This document shows positions 12,054 through 24,522 of a DNA stretch of 64,000 nucleotides, one piece after another. The position numbers and the translations under genes were made by a program. The stretch spans positions 3,058,354-3,122,353 of the forward strand of contig NW_004457624.1 of assembly GCF_000203815.1 (NCBI RefSeq). The letters are read 5' to 3'. The DNA comes from Dictyostelium fasciculatum. Its lineage: Eukaryota. The notes below the pieces were generated by a model. It did not search any database. It saw only the letters and a program-made list of their open reading frames with translations, and was not told the DNA's origin. Each line of letters starts with the position of its first letter. Position 1 is the stretch's first letter.

Positions 12054-13880
12054 ATGAAATATATTTTAGTAACAGGAGGAGTTTTATCGGGTATTGGTAA
12101 AGGTATCATTGCTAGTAGTACTGCAATGATTCTAAAGTCGATGGGTTTGCGTGTCACATCGATCAAGATTGACCCATACCTTAATATCGATGCCGGTACC
12201 ATGTCACCATTCGAACACGGAGAGGTGTTTGTGTTGAATGATGGTGGAGAGGCTGACTTGGATCTCGGTAACTACGAACGTTTCCTCAACGTCTCGTTGA
12301 ACCGTGACAACAACATTACAACCGGCAAGATCTACAACACCGTCATTGAAAAGGAGCGTAAGGGTTTGTTCCTCGGCAAGACCGTCCAAGTCGTGCCACA
12401 CATTTCCGAAGAGATCCAGCAATGGGTTGAACGTGTCGCTCACGTGCCAGTCGACGGCGAAGAGGGCTATCCAGACGTCTGCGTCATCGAGCTCGGTGGC
12501 ACTGTCGGTGATATCGAGTCGATGCCCTTTATCGAGGCCATGCGTCAGTTCCAGTTCCGTGTGGGCCCAGAAAACTTTTGTTTGATGCATGTCTCGCTCG
12601 TGCCAGTGATTGGCGTCGTCGGCGAGCAAAAGACCAAGCCTTCACAACAGTCGGTTCGCGAGCTCCGTGCCCTTGGTTTGTCGCCAGACTTTGTCATGTG
12701 TCGTAGCGGCCAGCCACTCACCTCGGACACCCGTCGCAAGATCTCACTCTTTTGCCATGTTGCTCCAGACAATGTCATTGGCGTGCACGACGTCTCCAAC
12801 ATCTACCGTGTCCCCCTCTTGTTGTACCAACAAAACATTGCCAACCTCATCGTCAAGCGTCTCCATCTCACCCCCAAGGTCGACATTCATATCCACGGCC
12901 AAGAGAATGGTCAACAACAACAACAACAACAAGATAGCGGCGCCGACGTTGACAAGGTAACTGACGCCTTTGCCGTGCCATACTGGCTCCAATCCTGGAA
13001 GGAGATGGCCGACCGTATGGACCGTGTCGGTAACGAGCAGGGATACGGGCCCATACGTATCGCCATGGTCGGCAAGTACACCGGTCTCACCGACAGCTAT
13101 TTGTCCGTCATCAAGGCACTCGAGCATGCTTCCATGCACCTCGACCGTAAGATGGTCATCGACTGGGTTGAAGCCACCGATCTCGAGCCCATCCCCACCG
13201 GCACCGCCGCCACCAGCTCGGTCGAGCCATCTGGTCTCGCCTCTGCCACTCGTTCAGTCGAGTCGTACGACCGCGCCTGGACAATCCTCAACCAATGCCA
13301 CGGTGTCCTTGTGCCAGGTGGTTTCGGCGACCGTGGTATTGAAGGTATGATCCTCGCTGCCAACTATGCCCGTGTCAACAACAAGCCATACCTCGGTATC
13401 TGTCTCGGTATGCAAGTTGCCGTCATGGAGTTTGCCCGTAACGTCATGGGATGGGCCAACGCCACCTCTGAAGAGTTTACCAATGTCGGAGGCGGCAAGA
13501 ACGTCGTCGTCTTTATGCCAGAGGTTTCCAAGACCCATATGGGTGCCACCATGCGTCTCGGCTTGCGTCCAACCATCATCAACGACCCAAATAGCAAGAT
13601 TGCCAAGTTGTACGGCGTCACCAAGGTCGGTGAGGCCGTTGAGGAGCGTCATTGTCATCGTTAGGAAGTCAACCCAGACGTCGTCGAAGAGATTGACGCC
13701 AAGGGTTTGCACTTTGTCGGCAAGGACGACCAAAATGTCAGAATGGAAATTGTCGAACTCAAGGATCACGTATACTTTGTCGGTTGCCAATTCCATCCAG
13801 AGTTCAAGTCTAGACCTATCAAACCATTTCCACCATTTGTTGGTTTAATTCCAAGCTTCATGGGATTTTATGGCTTCTAA
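12054..13880 (+). CDS. CTP synthase (N-terminal synthetase domain plus C-terminal glutamine amidotransferase domain). The frame is interrupted by an in-frame TAG at 13662..13664, after which it continues open to TAA at 13878..13880.
   Basis: ORF 12054..13664: [60 protein letters not shown]; GATase motifs LGICLGMQ and HPEF. Downstream in the same frame: [34 protein letters not shown]. There is a poly-Q insertion at about 12905..12930. Confidence 0.85.
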
Positions 13881-14439
13881 AAAACCTCTAAAAACAAATA
13901 AATAATAATACTTTTTTTTCCCCTCCTTCCCCCCTCTAATAAAATATAATATAATATAATAATAATATATGTAACTCAAAACAAATCAAAATCATACCCA
14001 AGTACTTATTATTTCTATTATAATAATTTATTTATCCTTTTTTTTTTTGGCGTGAGTTAATTATTCTTGGATCATCCCAATTATTTTGCTTGTCATATCT
14101 TGTCAGAGATGGAGAAAGATGTAGTCCTTTTAAACTGAACCTACAACAATAATTATAAATACTTTTTGGCCCCTAACACAATCCATTTCTTTCTTTCTTT
14201 CTTTCTTTTTGAAATCTCAATATATATTAGGTTTATCGTTTGGTAGATGAAATAACCAAAGTAAATAATGAAATTTACCCTCAATGTGGTATCAAGTTTC
14301 TAATTCCTCCAATTATAAATAGTAATTTAACAAAATTTAAAAATATTCAATTATTTGTTGAATATCAATAATATTTAAATAAAAAGTATATATACATTCA
14401 TGTGATCAAATTTCTGTTTAATTATTATTCTTTCTTTTT

Positions 14440-16162
14440 TTAAATTTGTTGTTGTTGACCAAAGAAAAGTGATAGGTCAACTTGAACATAGGTACCACAA
14501 CAAGCACAAATTCTAGTGTTTCCAGTACCTTCTTCAAATGCTACATACATGGTAGAGTTGGCAGCATGGAAAGCAGCACTAATGACATTCATACCAGTGT
14601 TTGCATTGGAACAATCGAAAAAGTCACCTTCGTTGCCCTTTGCACCGAGGGTGGATGTGATGTTGATGGCTGCCAATTCGTCAATGGCAATCGATGCAGA
14701 TTGGTAGTACTCAAAGGCATTGTAGAGGAGCATGTAACGAATCATAGTATCGTCACCTGGTCCTGGTAATTGGTATTGATATTTTCTAATGAGTGGATCG
14801 TATCCATGGTTGGTACGATAGACAGCTTGTGGAATGGGGTATCCCATTTGGGTCTTGTCACCAGTATTGGGGTCTACATAGATATAGGCAGATTCGAGTG
14901 TATCATTGTCTGGGAAAAAGGCAGTGTATCCCTTCATAGTCTCGAGTGCGTAGGCTGGATGTTCGACAGTATCAACTTCAAAGGCAGACGATAGCATGTG
15001 GTTCATACCCATCGTGTTGTTGGTTGCCTTCCAAATATTGAGAGCATCTTCTATATTGTTGGCATACTGCATGACATAACGAAGACGATGTGCCCACGAC
15101 ATACCATCAAATGTCACCAAATCCGAGTCATTGTCACTTTCTGCAACGAAAATACCTTTGGAAGAGATACCAGTGATGGCACCAAACAAACCGGCAAATC
15201 CAACTGCCACATGACTATTACCTCCAGTGGTTGGATGGAAGAATGTGAGTAACTTGTGCTTGGCAATACCAGTGTCAATGATCCAATCCAAATTACGACC
15301 ATTATACATCTCTCCTTGAACCGTACGATCTCCCCAAACTGAGAAATGACTACATTGCATTGAATCGGGTGATAGCTTTCCATGTGGTACTCCCTTTTTT
15401 TCAATATACTCTAAAAATGCTTCAGACTTTAATTCACTATAGAAAGCTTGAATAAGTATTTAATTGAACTACTACTACTATCTTTTTCTACATTTGTCTT
15501 ACTTGATTAAAAGATATTCAATATTTTGACCAGCATCGCCTGGGAATGAGGAGAGTACTATACATCTAGTGATGGCTTTACCCATTTGAGTGAATCCGGA
15601 ATGTACTGCACCATCATTGAAACCATTGATTTCATCAGAGAATTCTTGTGGGAATTGTTTAGAGAGATAATCATCCCATTGCCAATCAAGGAATACTTCA
15701 AGTGCATCATTCTCTAAAAAGTTTGGAACCAATGTCTTGAATAATGATAAATAATTTTCATATGCTTCATTCTAAAATAGATTAGATAGATAGATTAGTT
15801 ATTTGTCTCTATCGTATACGGTATATCAAGTTGATGATCATACAGCCAAAAAAACACCAAGCGAGAAACCCATTTCATAATGTGAACCAGTAAGATTTGC
15901 GACCATGATTGGATCAGCGTATCCAGTTGATATCATTGTGTATAATTGACTTCCATTACTATAAAAAATGATTTGAGAGAGAGAGAGAGTCAGAGAGTCA
16001 GAGTCAGGTGTCGTTGTGTATTTTCAAGACAACATACTATTGTTTAACTAAAGATAATTGTGGATTATAATCAATTTTGAATGATGGTGTTGCAGCATTG
16101 CTAATAGACAATGATGACATTACTGCCAACACTGTCAAGAGGATGGTATAATAAAATAACAT
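14440..16162 (-). CDS. Secreted peptidase C45 / acyl-CoA:6-aminopenicillanic-acid acyltransferase-like Ntn-hydrolase. Four exons: 16038..16162, 15844..15958, 15503..15771 and 14440..15436 (about 501 aa).
   Basis: A signal peptide (MLFYYTILLTVLAVMSSLSISNA) is present. SHYEMGFSLG matches the EIGYEHG motif. FSDEINGFNDGA is present. QCSHFSVWGDRTVQGEMYNGRNLDW matches the DGCTT..GQNWDF autoprocessing/nucleophile region. GTATGT/GTAAGA donors and TAG acceptors were used. Exon lengths sum to 1506 nt, which is divisible by 3. Confidence 0.55.
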
Positions 16163-16920
16163 TTTCTTGCTACACTAATAATAATACTACTACTACTGTT
16201 ACTATCTGTTATCTCTTGAGGAGAAAGGTGATGATGACTGCTTCTGCTGCTCTCATTTCTATCGGAAGAGGACTATTAGGAAATAATGAGGTCGAAAAGA
16301 AGGTTTGAAGCCCAAAATTTATAAATTTTAATTAATAATATCTTCTCAGAGATACTTTGTCCTTGAAAGTTCGGCTCTCTTGTTGTGAAATCATCTAGAT
16401 TCAAAGGAATCTTGACAATAAAGTATCCTTTTATAGGGTAGATACTTTAAGATAATAATGTAAAGGGTAATAATCTATTCAACCAACATTTGATGTTACA
16501 CACCTACTCTCTTTTAAATAAAAGTATTTATAATAATATCATTATAAATAAAGTATTTGAGTGCTCTAAAGGGTGAGTAAAACAAATTAATATCTTAGGA
16601 TAAATAAGATAGATAGATAGATGATTCGAATCGACTCGGGAGTACTGACATTGACGACCAAAGAGGTGATGATCCTAAAAAAGGAGGAAAACTTCAACAA
16701 GAAAAAAAATATTAAATTAAACTTTTTATGAGACAGAGGGTAAGCTCAAGTGTGTTGTGCTTAAATTACACACATTTATTATTTAATATTTTGAGTTGTT
16801 AGAATAACATCAACATCATAATCGAGAAACACGTATAGTACTATACAACATAATAATATAATATATATATAAAAGATAAGGAAAGAGACAATATAAATAA
16901 TAGAGATAGATAGATAGAGA

Positions 16921-17459
16921 ATGAGAAAGTTTTTATCAACCTTTTCAGGCATACTTGTATGTTTCATGATCATCATAATCATCATCATCACAATATAACA
17001 ATATTGAATGAATGTGATGATGTGAGATGATGTGATGATACCTTTCTATTATATTCAAATACTAATACTAATACTATGTATTTATAGTTTGGAGTAGCTT
17101 GGTTCCTTTGGATTGATGGACATGTTTATGAAAATACTAGAAATGCAGCAACACCTGGTTTTGGACCATCTATTCAATGGGTCTATTATCTGCCAGGTAT
17201 ATTTTCGACAGTTGGTTTGGTGATGGCAAATATAATCAAGTTGGATGGACTCAACTCATCGTCGTTCCTCGGCGATGACTCTTATGTAACAAAGATTCGT
17301 ATCTGGCTATTTGTCAGCTTTGCTATCAACTTTGGTTGTATTGCAGGCAGTGTTTGGATTATGGCTGCAACCTTTATGCCACCACATGTAAATAGCAATG
17401 CCGAATGGCCTGGTATTGCTCTCACTTTACAAAATGTTTTGATTTTCCTTAGGTATGAA

Positions 17460-17495
<36 letters not shown>

Positions 17496-17674
17496 AAAGA
17501 AAGAAAAGAAAGAAACATCAATCAATCAATCCCTCAATTATTATATTTATATTTATATTCATATTATGTACAAATCACTTGAAACTAAAACTAACCTATT
17601 ATTATTATAACCATTATAGTTCATTAACTTTAATGTATTCTAAATCAAGAAATGAAGATGAGAATCCATTCTAA
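16921..17674 (+). CDS. TMEM50 / Vps68 (UPF0220) family small multipass membrane protein. Exons 16921..16956, 17088..17452 and 17620..17674 (151 aa).
   Basis: Joined translation MRKFLSTFSGIL|FGVAWFLWIDGHVYEN...GDDSYVTKIRIWLFVSFAINFGCIAGSVWIMAA...WPGIALTLQNVLIFL|SSLTLMYSKSRNEDENPF. It parallels human TMEM50A ([48 protein letters not shown]). Phases are consistent, giving 456 nt. Confidence 0.65.
17457..17516. repeat. (GAAA)n microsatellite inside intron 2 of the TMEM50-like gene.
   Basis: gaaagaaagaaagaaagaaagaaagaaaagaaagaaaagaaagaaa follows directly after the GTATGA donor at 17453. Confidence 0.9.
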
Positions 17675-18718
17675 TTATAATAATAGCTCCCTTAATATAT
17701 AATAATAATAATCTTTTTTTTAACAATAACAACAATATAATATTTGGATGGATGGAAAGAAATAGAATAGATTGATCAATCAGATAGATGAATTTAGATA
17801 CGTTATTAACCCTCCCAACCTCAACCTCAACAACAACAACTTTATATATAAAACTAAACAACCTAACCTAACTTATCCTCCCCTTTAACTACTTTTTTTG
17901 TACAAATAAATCAAATCAATGGAATTCAATAACAAGTACTTGTACTACTACTACTACTACTACTGGCGCCAACTGAGAGATTAATGAGAGGGATGTGTGT
18001 GTGTGATTTGCGTGAACCATTACCAAGATTGGTATGGGCGTATGTAAAAGGATTATTTCATTACTCAATTGAAAAAGGAAACAAAGGAACAACAATTGTA
18101 TTATGAAATTTTTAAACTGTATGTAAAATATTTATATCCAATTTTCCAACATTTAATCGGCCCAATATGCAAGGCAAAATACAAACAAAACCTAATGTAC
18201 AACATTTTGGCAATAACAGTTGCTAAAGAAGGATTCAATTAGTGTGTGATAATCAACACGACAAGGTCAAAGCTGCAGTAGACTATTATCAACTGATATT
18301 ACCTATGATACTTGACTGGATATTGTCCGATAAATATTTTATTACATGATTTAAATACTATTTAACTAAGAAGAAAAAAAAGAATAGTACAAGTTGTCAA
18401 AATTTATAATTATAATTATTTAATAAATAAAAAGGAAACAGAATGGTTAATGTTCTTGGTAATTATTATTATTTATTTATTAATAACATTTATTTAATTC
18501 TACAATTTTGGATTGGATGTATTCATTTGGATGGCTGGGAATGTTTGTGAGTCTGGTCTACTAGGCATTTGTAATATGAGAAATATTCATTGACTTTTCA
18601 TCAATAACATATTCACCTCTTTCATTTTGGACACCCATTGTAACTGAAAAGAAAAAGAAAAAGAATAAGTTAATATATATATATTTATATTATTTATATT
18701 ATTTATATTTTATATTTT

Positions 18719-21700
18719 TTATATTTTACCTTTAACAAAAACTTCTTCAAGGGTACTATTGGCAACACCCCAATCTGTAATTCCAAGTCTTTCACGGTTA
18801 TCTTCAAATTGTCTAAAGAGAGAGGCAAGGTCAATTGAATTACTTGGCACTTCATAATTGTAGGTTCCGGCAAGTGAATTGAGGAGTGTGGCACTTGGCA
18901 ATAATTCACGAACAAACTTTTGAGTGTCTTCTTCACGACCACCTTGGATAGTCAACGATACCTTGTAACCCTTACCAAAACGGGAGATCAATTCAGAACT
19001 AGATCCAATGCACTTGAGCTCACCACCAACAAAAATACCTAAACGGTCACACAGTTCTTGAGCCTCTTCCAAGGCATGAGTGGTTAATAGCATAGCACAA
19101 TTACGTTTGTATCCATTTACAACATCCCACAATTTCTTTCTTGAGGATGGGTCCAATCCTAAAACAAACAAAATTAAATAAAAAACAAAATGGTTAAGGG
19201 TTTTGGAAATAAAATGATCCATTTCTTTTTCTTTCTTTTTTATCATACCAGTACTAGGTTCATCAAGTAAAACAATCTTTGGATTACCCATCATAGATAT
19301 GGCAACAGATAGACGTCTACGCATACCACCAGAATATTCAACACTCTTTTTCTCGGTTTCTTCGTGCAAGTTGACTTGTTTGAGTCCATTGTAGACCGCG
19401 TCTGTCAATTCTTTACCCTTCATATTCTTGATACGACCATAAAACAGTAGATGTTCTTCGCCTGTCAAATCATCCCAAAGTACATTGTCTTGTGGACACA
19501 CACCCATAATCATATGGATCGATTCAATGTCATCACGAATATCCATGCCAAATACACGTGCTGTTCCAGTGGTTGGTGGGAACAATCCACTTACACAAGA
19601 GATGGTAGTTGACTTGCCGGCGCCATTGGGTCCCAAAAAGCCAAAACAGATTCCTTGGTCGACTCCAAGTGTCAATGATTTGACAGCCACCTTTTCAGGG
19701 GCACCTCCTTGTGCAGGGTAAACCTTTCCAAGATCGCATACCTCAAGTGCCAAGAGTTGGTCGTGATGTATGACACGTTGACGTTCAATAGCAACATCCT
19801 CACTTTCACTTTGAAGGTGTGGTTTGATTGTGATGGGTGTCACTCTCTTGGCACCTTTTTTGAACCAAAATGATTTTTGTAAAAAGAATAGAGGGTGACG
19901 TTTGACACCATAGTCTGACGGTAACACCTCTTCCAGATACAATGCCAAAATGAGGAATACAACAGCTTCAACAATCATAAATCCATAGATATCACCAAAT
20001 TGGTATCCTGGATTATTCATCTTGGCAATTGACACACCCGGTCCATCAAATGAAACATATTTCTTTAATATAAATAATGCTCTATAAAGTACAAATGGTG
20101 GGAATATTGATATTACAAATATTGAGCTTGATGGTGTTGAGTCGCCTAAATTAAAAATAGAAATAGAAAAATTAGATTAAATCATAATGATTATTAATAT
20201 TATTGTTATTTTTTTGATAGTTACTTGAAAAGATATTATCAATGACACGAGAGGCAAGAATACCAGTACCAAATACCCAAATGTAACCAACTACGGTACC
20301 AGTTTCAGTTTTTGTAAAAAAGGTTGATAGGAAAAAGGCAAAGCTGACCAATGTATGACCCCAAAAGAATATGAGTAAAAAGATGACAAGGGGACTGTTG
20401 ACTGTAAAGTATCGGAATCTAAACAATGCACCCAATGCCCACACCAACATCATGGCAATAAAATAGATCGAGTAGGCAAATATATAGGTGACCAACCAAT
20501 ACGTCTTCATCTCCAACCCCATCATTTTCATAATCTCTCTCAACTTGTTTTCCTTTTCATAAAGAATTAATCTTAATACTACTGGCATCATTAATTGAAA
20601 TATGAAAATATATAACATTGCTAAAAAATAAAAAGAAATAGAAAGATTAATATTTAATATTATTAATATTTAATTAATATTATTAATTTAATTTTTGATT
20701 TAGATTTACTACTTACGACCTAATAAACTAACAAGATCAAAATCTAAAGTAGCTTGACGAGTTGGGAAATCTTTAATACCATCAAAGATGATTTCAGTTA
20801 GACTGGCACCAGTGATGGCACGGAATGATCGTGATGCAAGTGTGTAGAGTGTACCTAGTTCCTTGCCAAATGAAATAGATCGATTGTATAATAGCGAGAC
20901 TGCTAGGCTGTCATTGTCAACTTGAGCGAATCGATAGCCACCATTGACAATGATGGTCTTCCAATTATCAAATGTTTCGTTTGTAAATTTATCGTATGAT
21001 TCCATTCGTTCCATTGTAATGGGTGCAGCAATACTAGGAGTGTCTGAGCAATAGGTTGCATATCTTCCAAGGAATGATTGACCAAAAATAAGTGGGACGA
21101 TGGTATCACCGTTACTCTTGTTGGTGCCAGCGTATGTTTCGAGTTGGAGCATCATTGGCTCCACTGTCAAATTTTGGTTGAGTTGATCGATATAGATTAG
21201 CGATCTGGCATAGACTGCCGGTGCAAATGCCCTACACTCTTCGACAATTGTCTGATTGGTTTCAAATAATGGTGGCATCATTGCTCTTGGATGTAATATC
21301 GATGGAATCTTGGCTCCATCTTGATCCTTTACAAAATTGGTTACAATTTGTTGAAGAATAAATAATAATAATATCTAAACAAAAAAAGAAAGTTAATAAA
21401 TATTAAATATTAATAATATATTTGTTTGAATTGATTTACATACAAGGATTAAAGGTAAAATAATCTGACAAAGATTAGTTTTGTATTGTCTCCATTGATA
21501 GGTAGCCGATTTTCTAAAGAGTGCATTAAACTGGTTGTGAAAGTTTCTTTTTGTCTTCATGTCATCGATACTCTTGACCATTTCATCGGCTTGAGCATAA
21601 CTTAGATTGGCTGTTGTAGTTCCACTTCTAGTTGTTCTCGTCGTCGTTCCATTATTATTATTATTGTCATTATTATTATTGTCAGGAGGAGATGAAGATC

Positions 21701-21743
21701 CTACCACTGGAGGTGAAGAAGTTTCATATAGTGATTCCGACAT
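18719..21743 (-). CDS. ABC transporter, ABCA subfamily, half-size (TMD+NBD). It has at least 5 exons: about 21393..21743, 20709..21300, 20172..20640, 19246..20035 and 18719..19142.
   Basis: The N-terminus has the ABCA-type first TM (FNALFRKSATYQWRQYKTNLCQIILPLILV). The ABC-2-type membrane domain is in ORF 20172..20618. The NBD has Walker A GPNGAGKST, Q-loop, signature YSGGMRRRLSVAISMMG, Walker B VLLDEPSTGM (intron) and DPSSRKKLWDV. Only one NBD is present. Confidence 0.75.
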
Positions 21744-23020
21744 GATCCTATGATTGTATTTCCAAGATGTAAAAATTAATTAATAATATATAATATTATT
21801 AGGGTAAAAAAATAAATAATATTAGTACTAATACTATAACTAGTTATAGTATAGTTGGGTGGGTATAATAATAATTGTATATGTATGAATGAGGAGTAAA
21901 AGAGTAAATAAGCAAGACTCTACTGGCGTAGTATTTATTACATTATGATAATAAATGTGGGTTGTTGGAGTAGGATGGAGGATGATGAGGATGTCGATAT
22001 ATATCGACTATATAGCAACCATAAAAAAAAATACTTTAAAAAAAGTAGATTTGATTTGTTTTGATCATAGCATGGCATCAACACAAATACAATTCACCCA
22101 ACACATCCACCATTTACCCACCACATAATCCATTATTGAATAAATACATTCTATCACTATATCCAACCCTATCCACTATAATATCTACTCGATCATTCAT
22201 CATGATTATTTAACCCTAACCCCCACCCAAAGATTAATTTCTACAAACCTATCTATTGTACTCCGCCAACTGAACTGCTGCTTGCTTGTTACTACCTCTT
22301 TTTTAAAAAATATCTATTTATCTTTTACTAACTACTACAACGACTGACTACAACTATTATTACTTACTATCTACACCGATTTCTTGTTACAAAACAAAAA
22401 GTGGTTGTTGATTGTTTGTCGCATGCGATACATTTGATGTGAGAGGAGGATCGAACAGAAAGAGAGAGAGTGAATTATTTTTAGACAGTGTTTATTTTTA
22501 AAGTGGGATGTCATCATTGATCACGACACGCACCCCAAAAAAGGGGCTGTCCTACCAATCAATCTATTGGATGATGGACCACCACTTCTCTGTCCCCTGG
22601 TAAGTTTTAATATTGATGATCACAACATACACAACATTTTATCTATTTTATTAATATCGTCATCACTATATTATTACTACTCCTTGATTGCATCATCACA
22701 CAATACTATCATCCGATCTGAATAATAATAATAATAATAATAAACAGTTTGTCTTTGTTTGTTCACCATCACACTTTATGTATTTGTAATTAATTAATTG
22801 TTAATTGTGTTAATTGAGGGGTAGACAGATAGATAGATAGAGATGACCATCGGAATAGTCATATCGATGACCGTTGGGAACATTTCAACTTCCGCTTGAA
22901 GAGAAAATTTAATTTAAATTTTTTATTGCTTCTCCCTCTTTGTGGTGAAGCGATGATACACCCTAAATGAAATTAATATCACGATAGAGATATAGATAGA
23001 AAGATAGATAGATAGATAGA

Positions 23021-24377
23021 ATGTCAGAGACTAATAATACTACCACCACAACTGGAAAGAAACCAATCAGAGTATACGTAGATGGGTGTTTTGATGTATG
23101 TATGAGTGGGGAATGATGTTTGAGTTACTTACTGATATACTTTTTTGATTATTTTTATTATATGTATAATTAGTTGATGCATTTCGGTCATGCAAATGCT
23201 CTTAGACAAGTAAGTAAAAGAGAAGAATAGAAAGTAAAAGATGAAAGAAGGAAGGATTTATTATCACATGATATTGATATAATCTTTCTCACTTTCCCTC
23301 TATATATATAAATTTGTAGGCAAGAGAATTGGGAGATATTTTAGTAGTTGGAGTTCATACAGATGCAGAGATTGCAAAGAATAAGGGACCACCAGTCATG
23401 AATGAACAAGAGAGATACAAGGCTGTACGTGCTTGCAAGTGGGCCGATGAAGTTGCAGAGGGTGCACCATACACTGCTACCGTCGAATTGCTCGACCAAT
23501 TAAACTGTGACTTTTGTGTACACGGTGAAGATATCTCTGTCGGTGCCGATGGCAAGGACGTCTACGAGACTATTAAAAAGTCGGGCAAGTTCCGTTTCAT
23601 TAAACGTACCGAAGGTATTTCCACGACCGAACTTGTCGGACGTATGTTGTTGTTGACCAAGGACCATTTGGCTGCATCGACAGGTCAAGCCACCAGTCCA
23701 TTGAGTCAAGTCAATCCAAAGGACTTGCATCGTCAATCACCATACACTAGTTTGTCACACTTTTTACCAACCACCCGTAAGATTGTTCAATTCTCTGAGG
23801 GCAAGGCCCCCAAAGACACTGACCGTATCGTATACATGGACGGTGGTTTCGATCTCTTCCACGTTGGTCACACCGAAGCACTCCGTCAAGCCAAGGAATT
23901 GGGTGACTTTTTAATTGTCGGTGTTCACGATGACAAAGTTGTCAACGAACAAAAGGGTTCTAATTTCCCAATCATGAATCTTCATGAACGTGTCTTATCT
24001 GTTTTATCTTGTAGAGTAAGTAAATATAAATAATAATATTAATAATATTAATATTAATAATACTTTATTAATTATGTTTATTTTTTTTATAGTATGTAGA
24101 TGAAGTTATTATTGGAGCACCATTCAATGTTACAAAGGAGATGATTGAAAGTTTACGTATTAATACTGTTGTTCATGGTGACGATCCAGTTGTTTCGGTT
24201 GATGCTGATCCATACAAGCTTCCAAAGGGATTGGGTATCTACAAGGAAATCAAGCATACCGAAGGTTTGACTGCCACTGAAATCGTTCGTCGTATCATTG
24301 AGAATCGTATGCAATTCGAAGCCAGAAACAAAAAGAAACAACAAAATGAAGTTACCTTTATTCAACAAAATCAATAA
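23021..24377 (+). CDS. Ethanolamine-phosphate cytidylyltransferase (PCYT2/ECT-like), with two tandem cytidylyltransferase domains. Exons 23021..23095, 23174..23209, 23320..24015 and 24093..24377 (363 aa).
   Basis: RVYVDGCFD|LMHFGHANALRQ|ARELGDILVVGVHTD..GPPVMNEQERY..CDFCVHGEDI; second domain RIVYMDGGFDLFHVGHTEALRQAKELGDFLIVGVHDD. Canonical GTATGT/GTAAGT donors are used. The sum is 1092 nt, which is divisible by 3. Confidence 0.85.
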
Positions 24378-24522
24378 ACGTAATCAATAAAAATTATAAT
24401 TATATATAGTTGTATGTCTAACGCGATGTGAATGAATCGATAGTTTGATCTATCTATCCAAAAAAATAATTATTAAGATGTTTTATTATTATTATTATTA
24501 TTATTTTAATGTTGTTTTATGT

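Noticed and set aside
16600-16670. tRNA-like T-loop sequence GATTCGAATC.
   Set aside because: No acceptor stem, D-arm or anticodon arm can be drawn around it on either strand. It sits in the 5' region of the TMEM50-like gene.
22500-22600. Short GC-rich segment ATGTCATCATTGATCACGACACGCACCCCAAAAAAGGGGCTGTCC...CCCCTG|GTAAGT, a possible mini-exon upstream of the PCYT2 gene.
   Set aside because: No downstream exon in frame could be found before the well-supported PCYT2 ATG at 23021. It may be a 5' UTR exon or uORF, and there is not enough evidence to annotate it.
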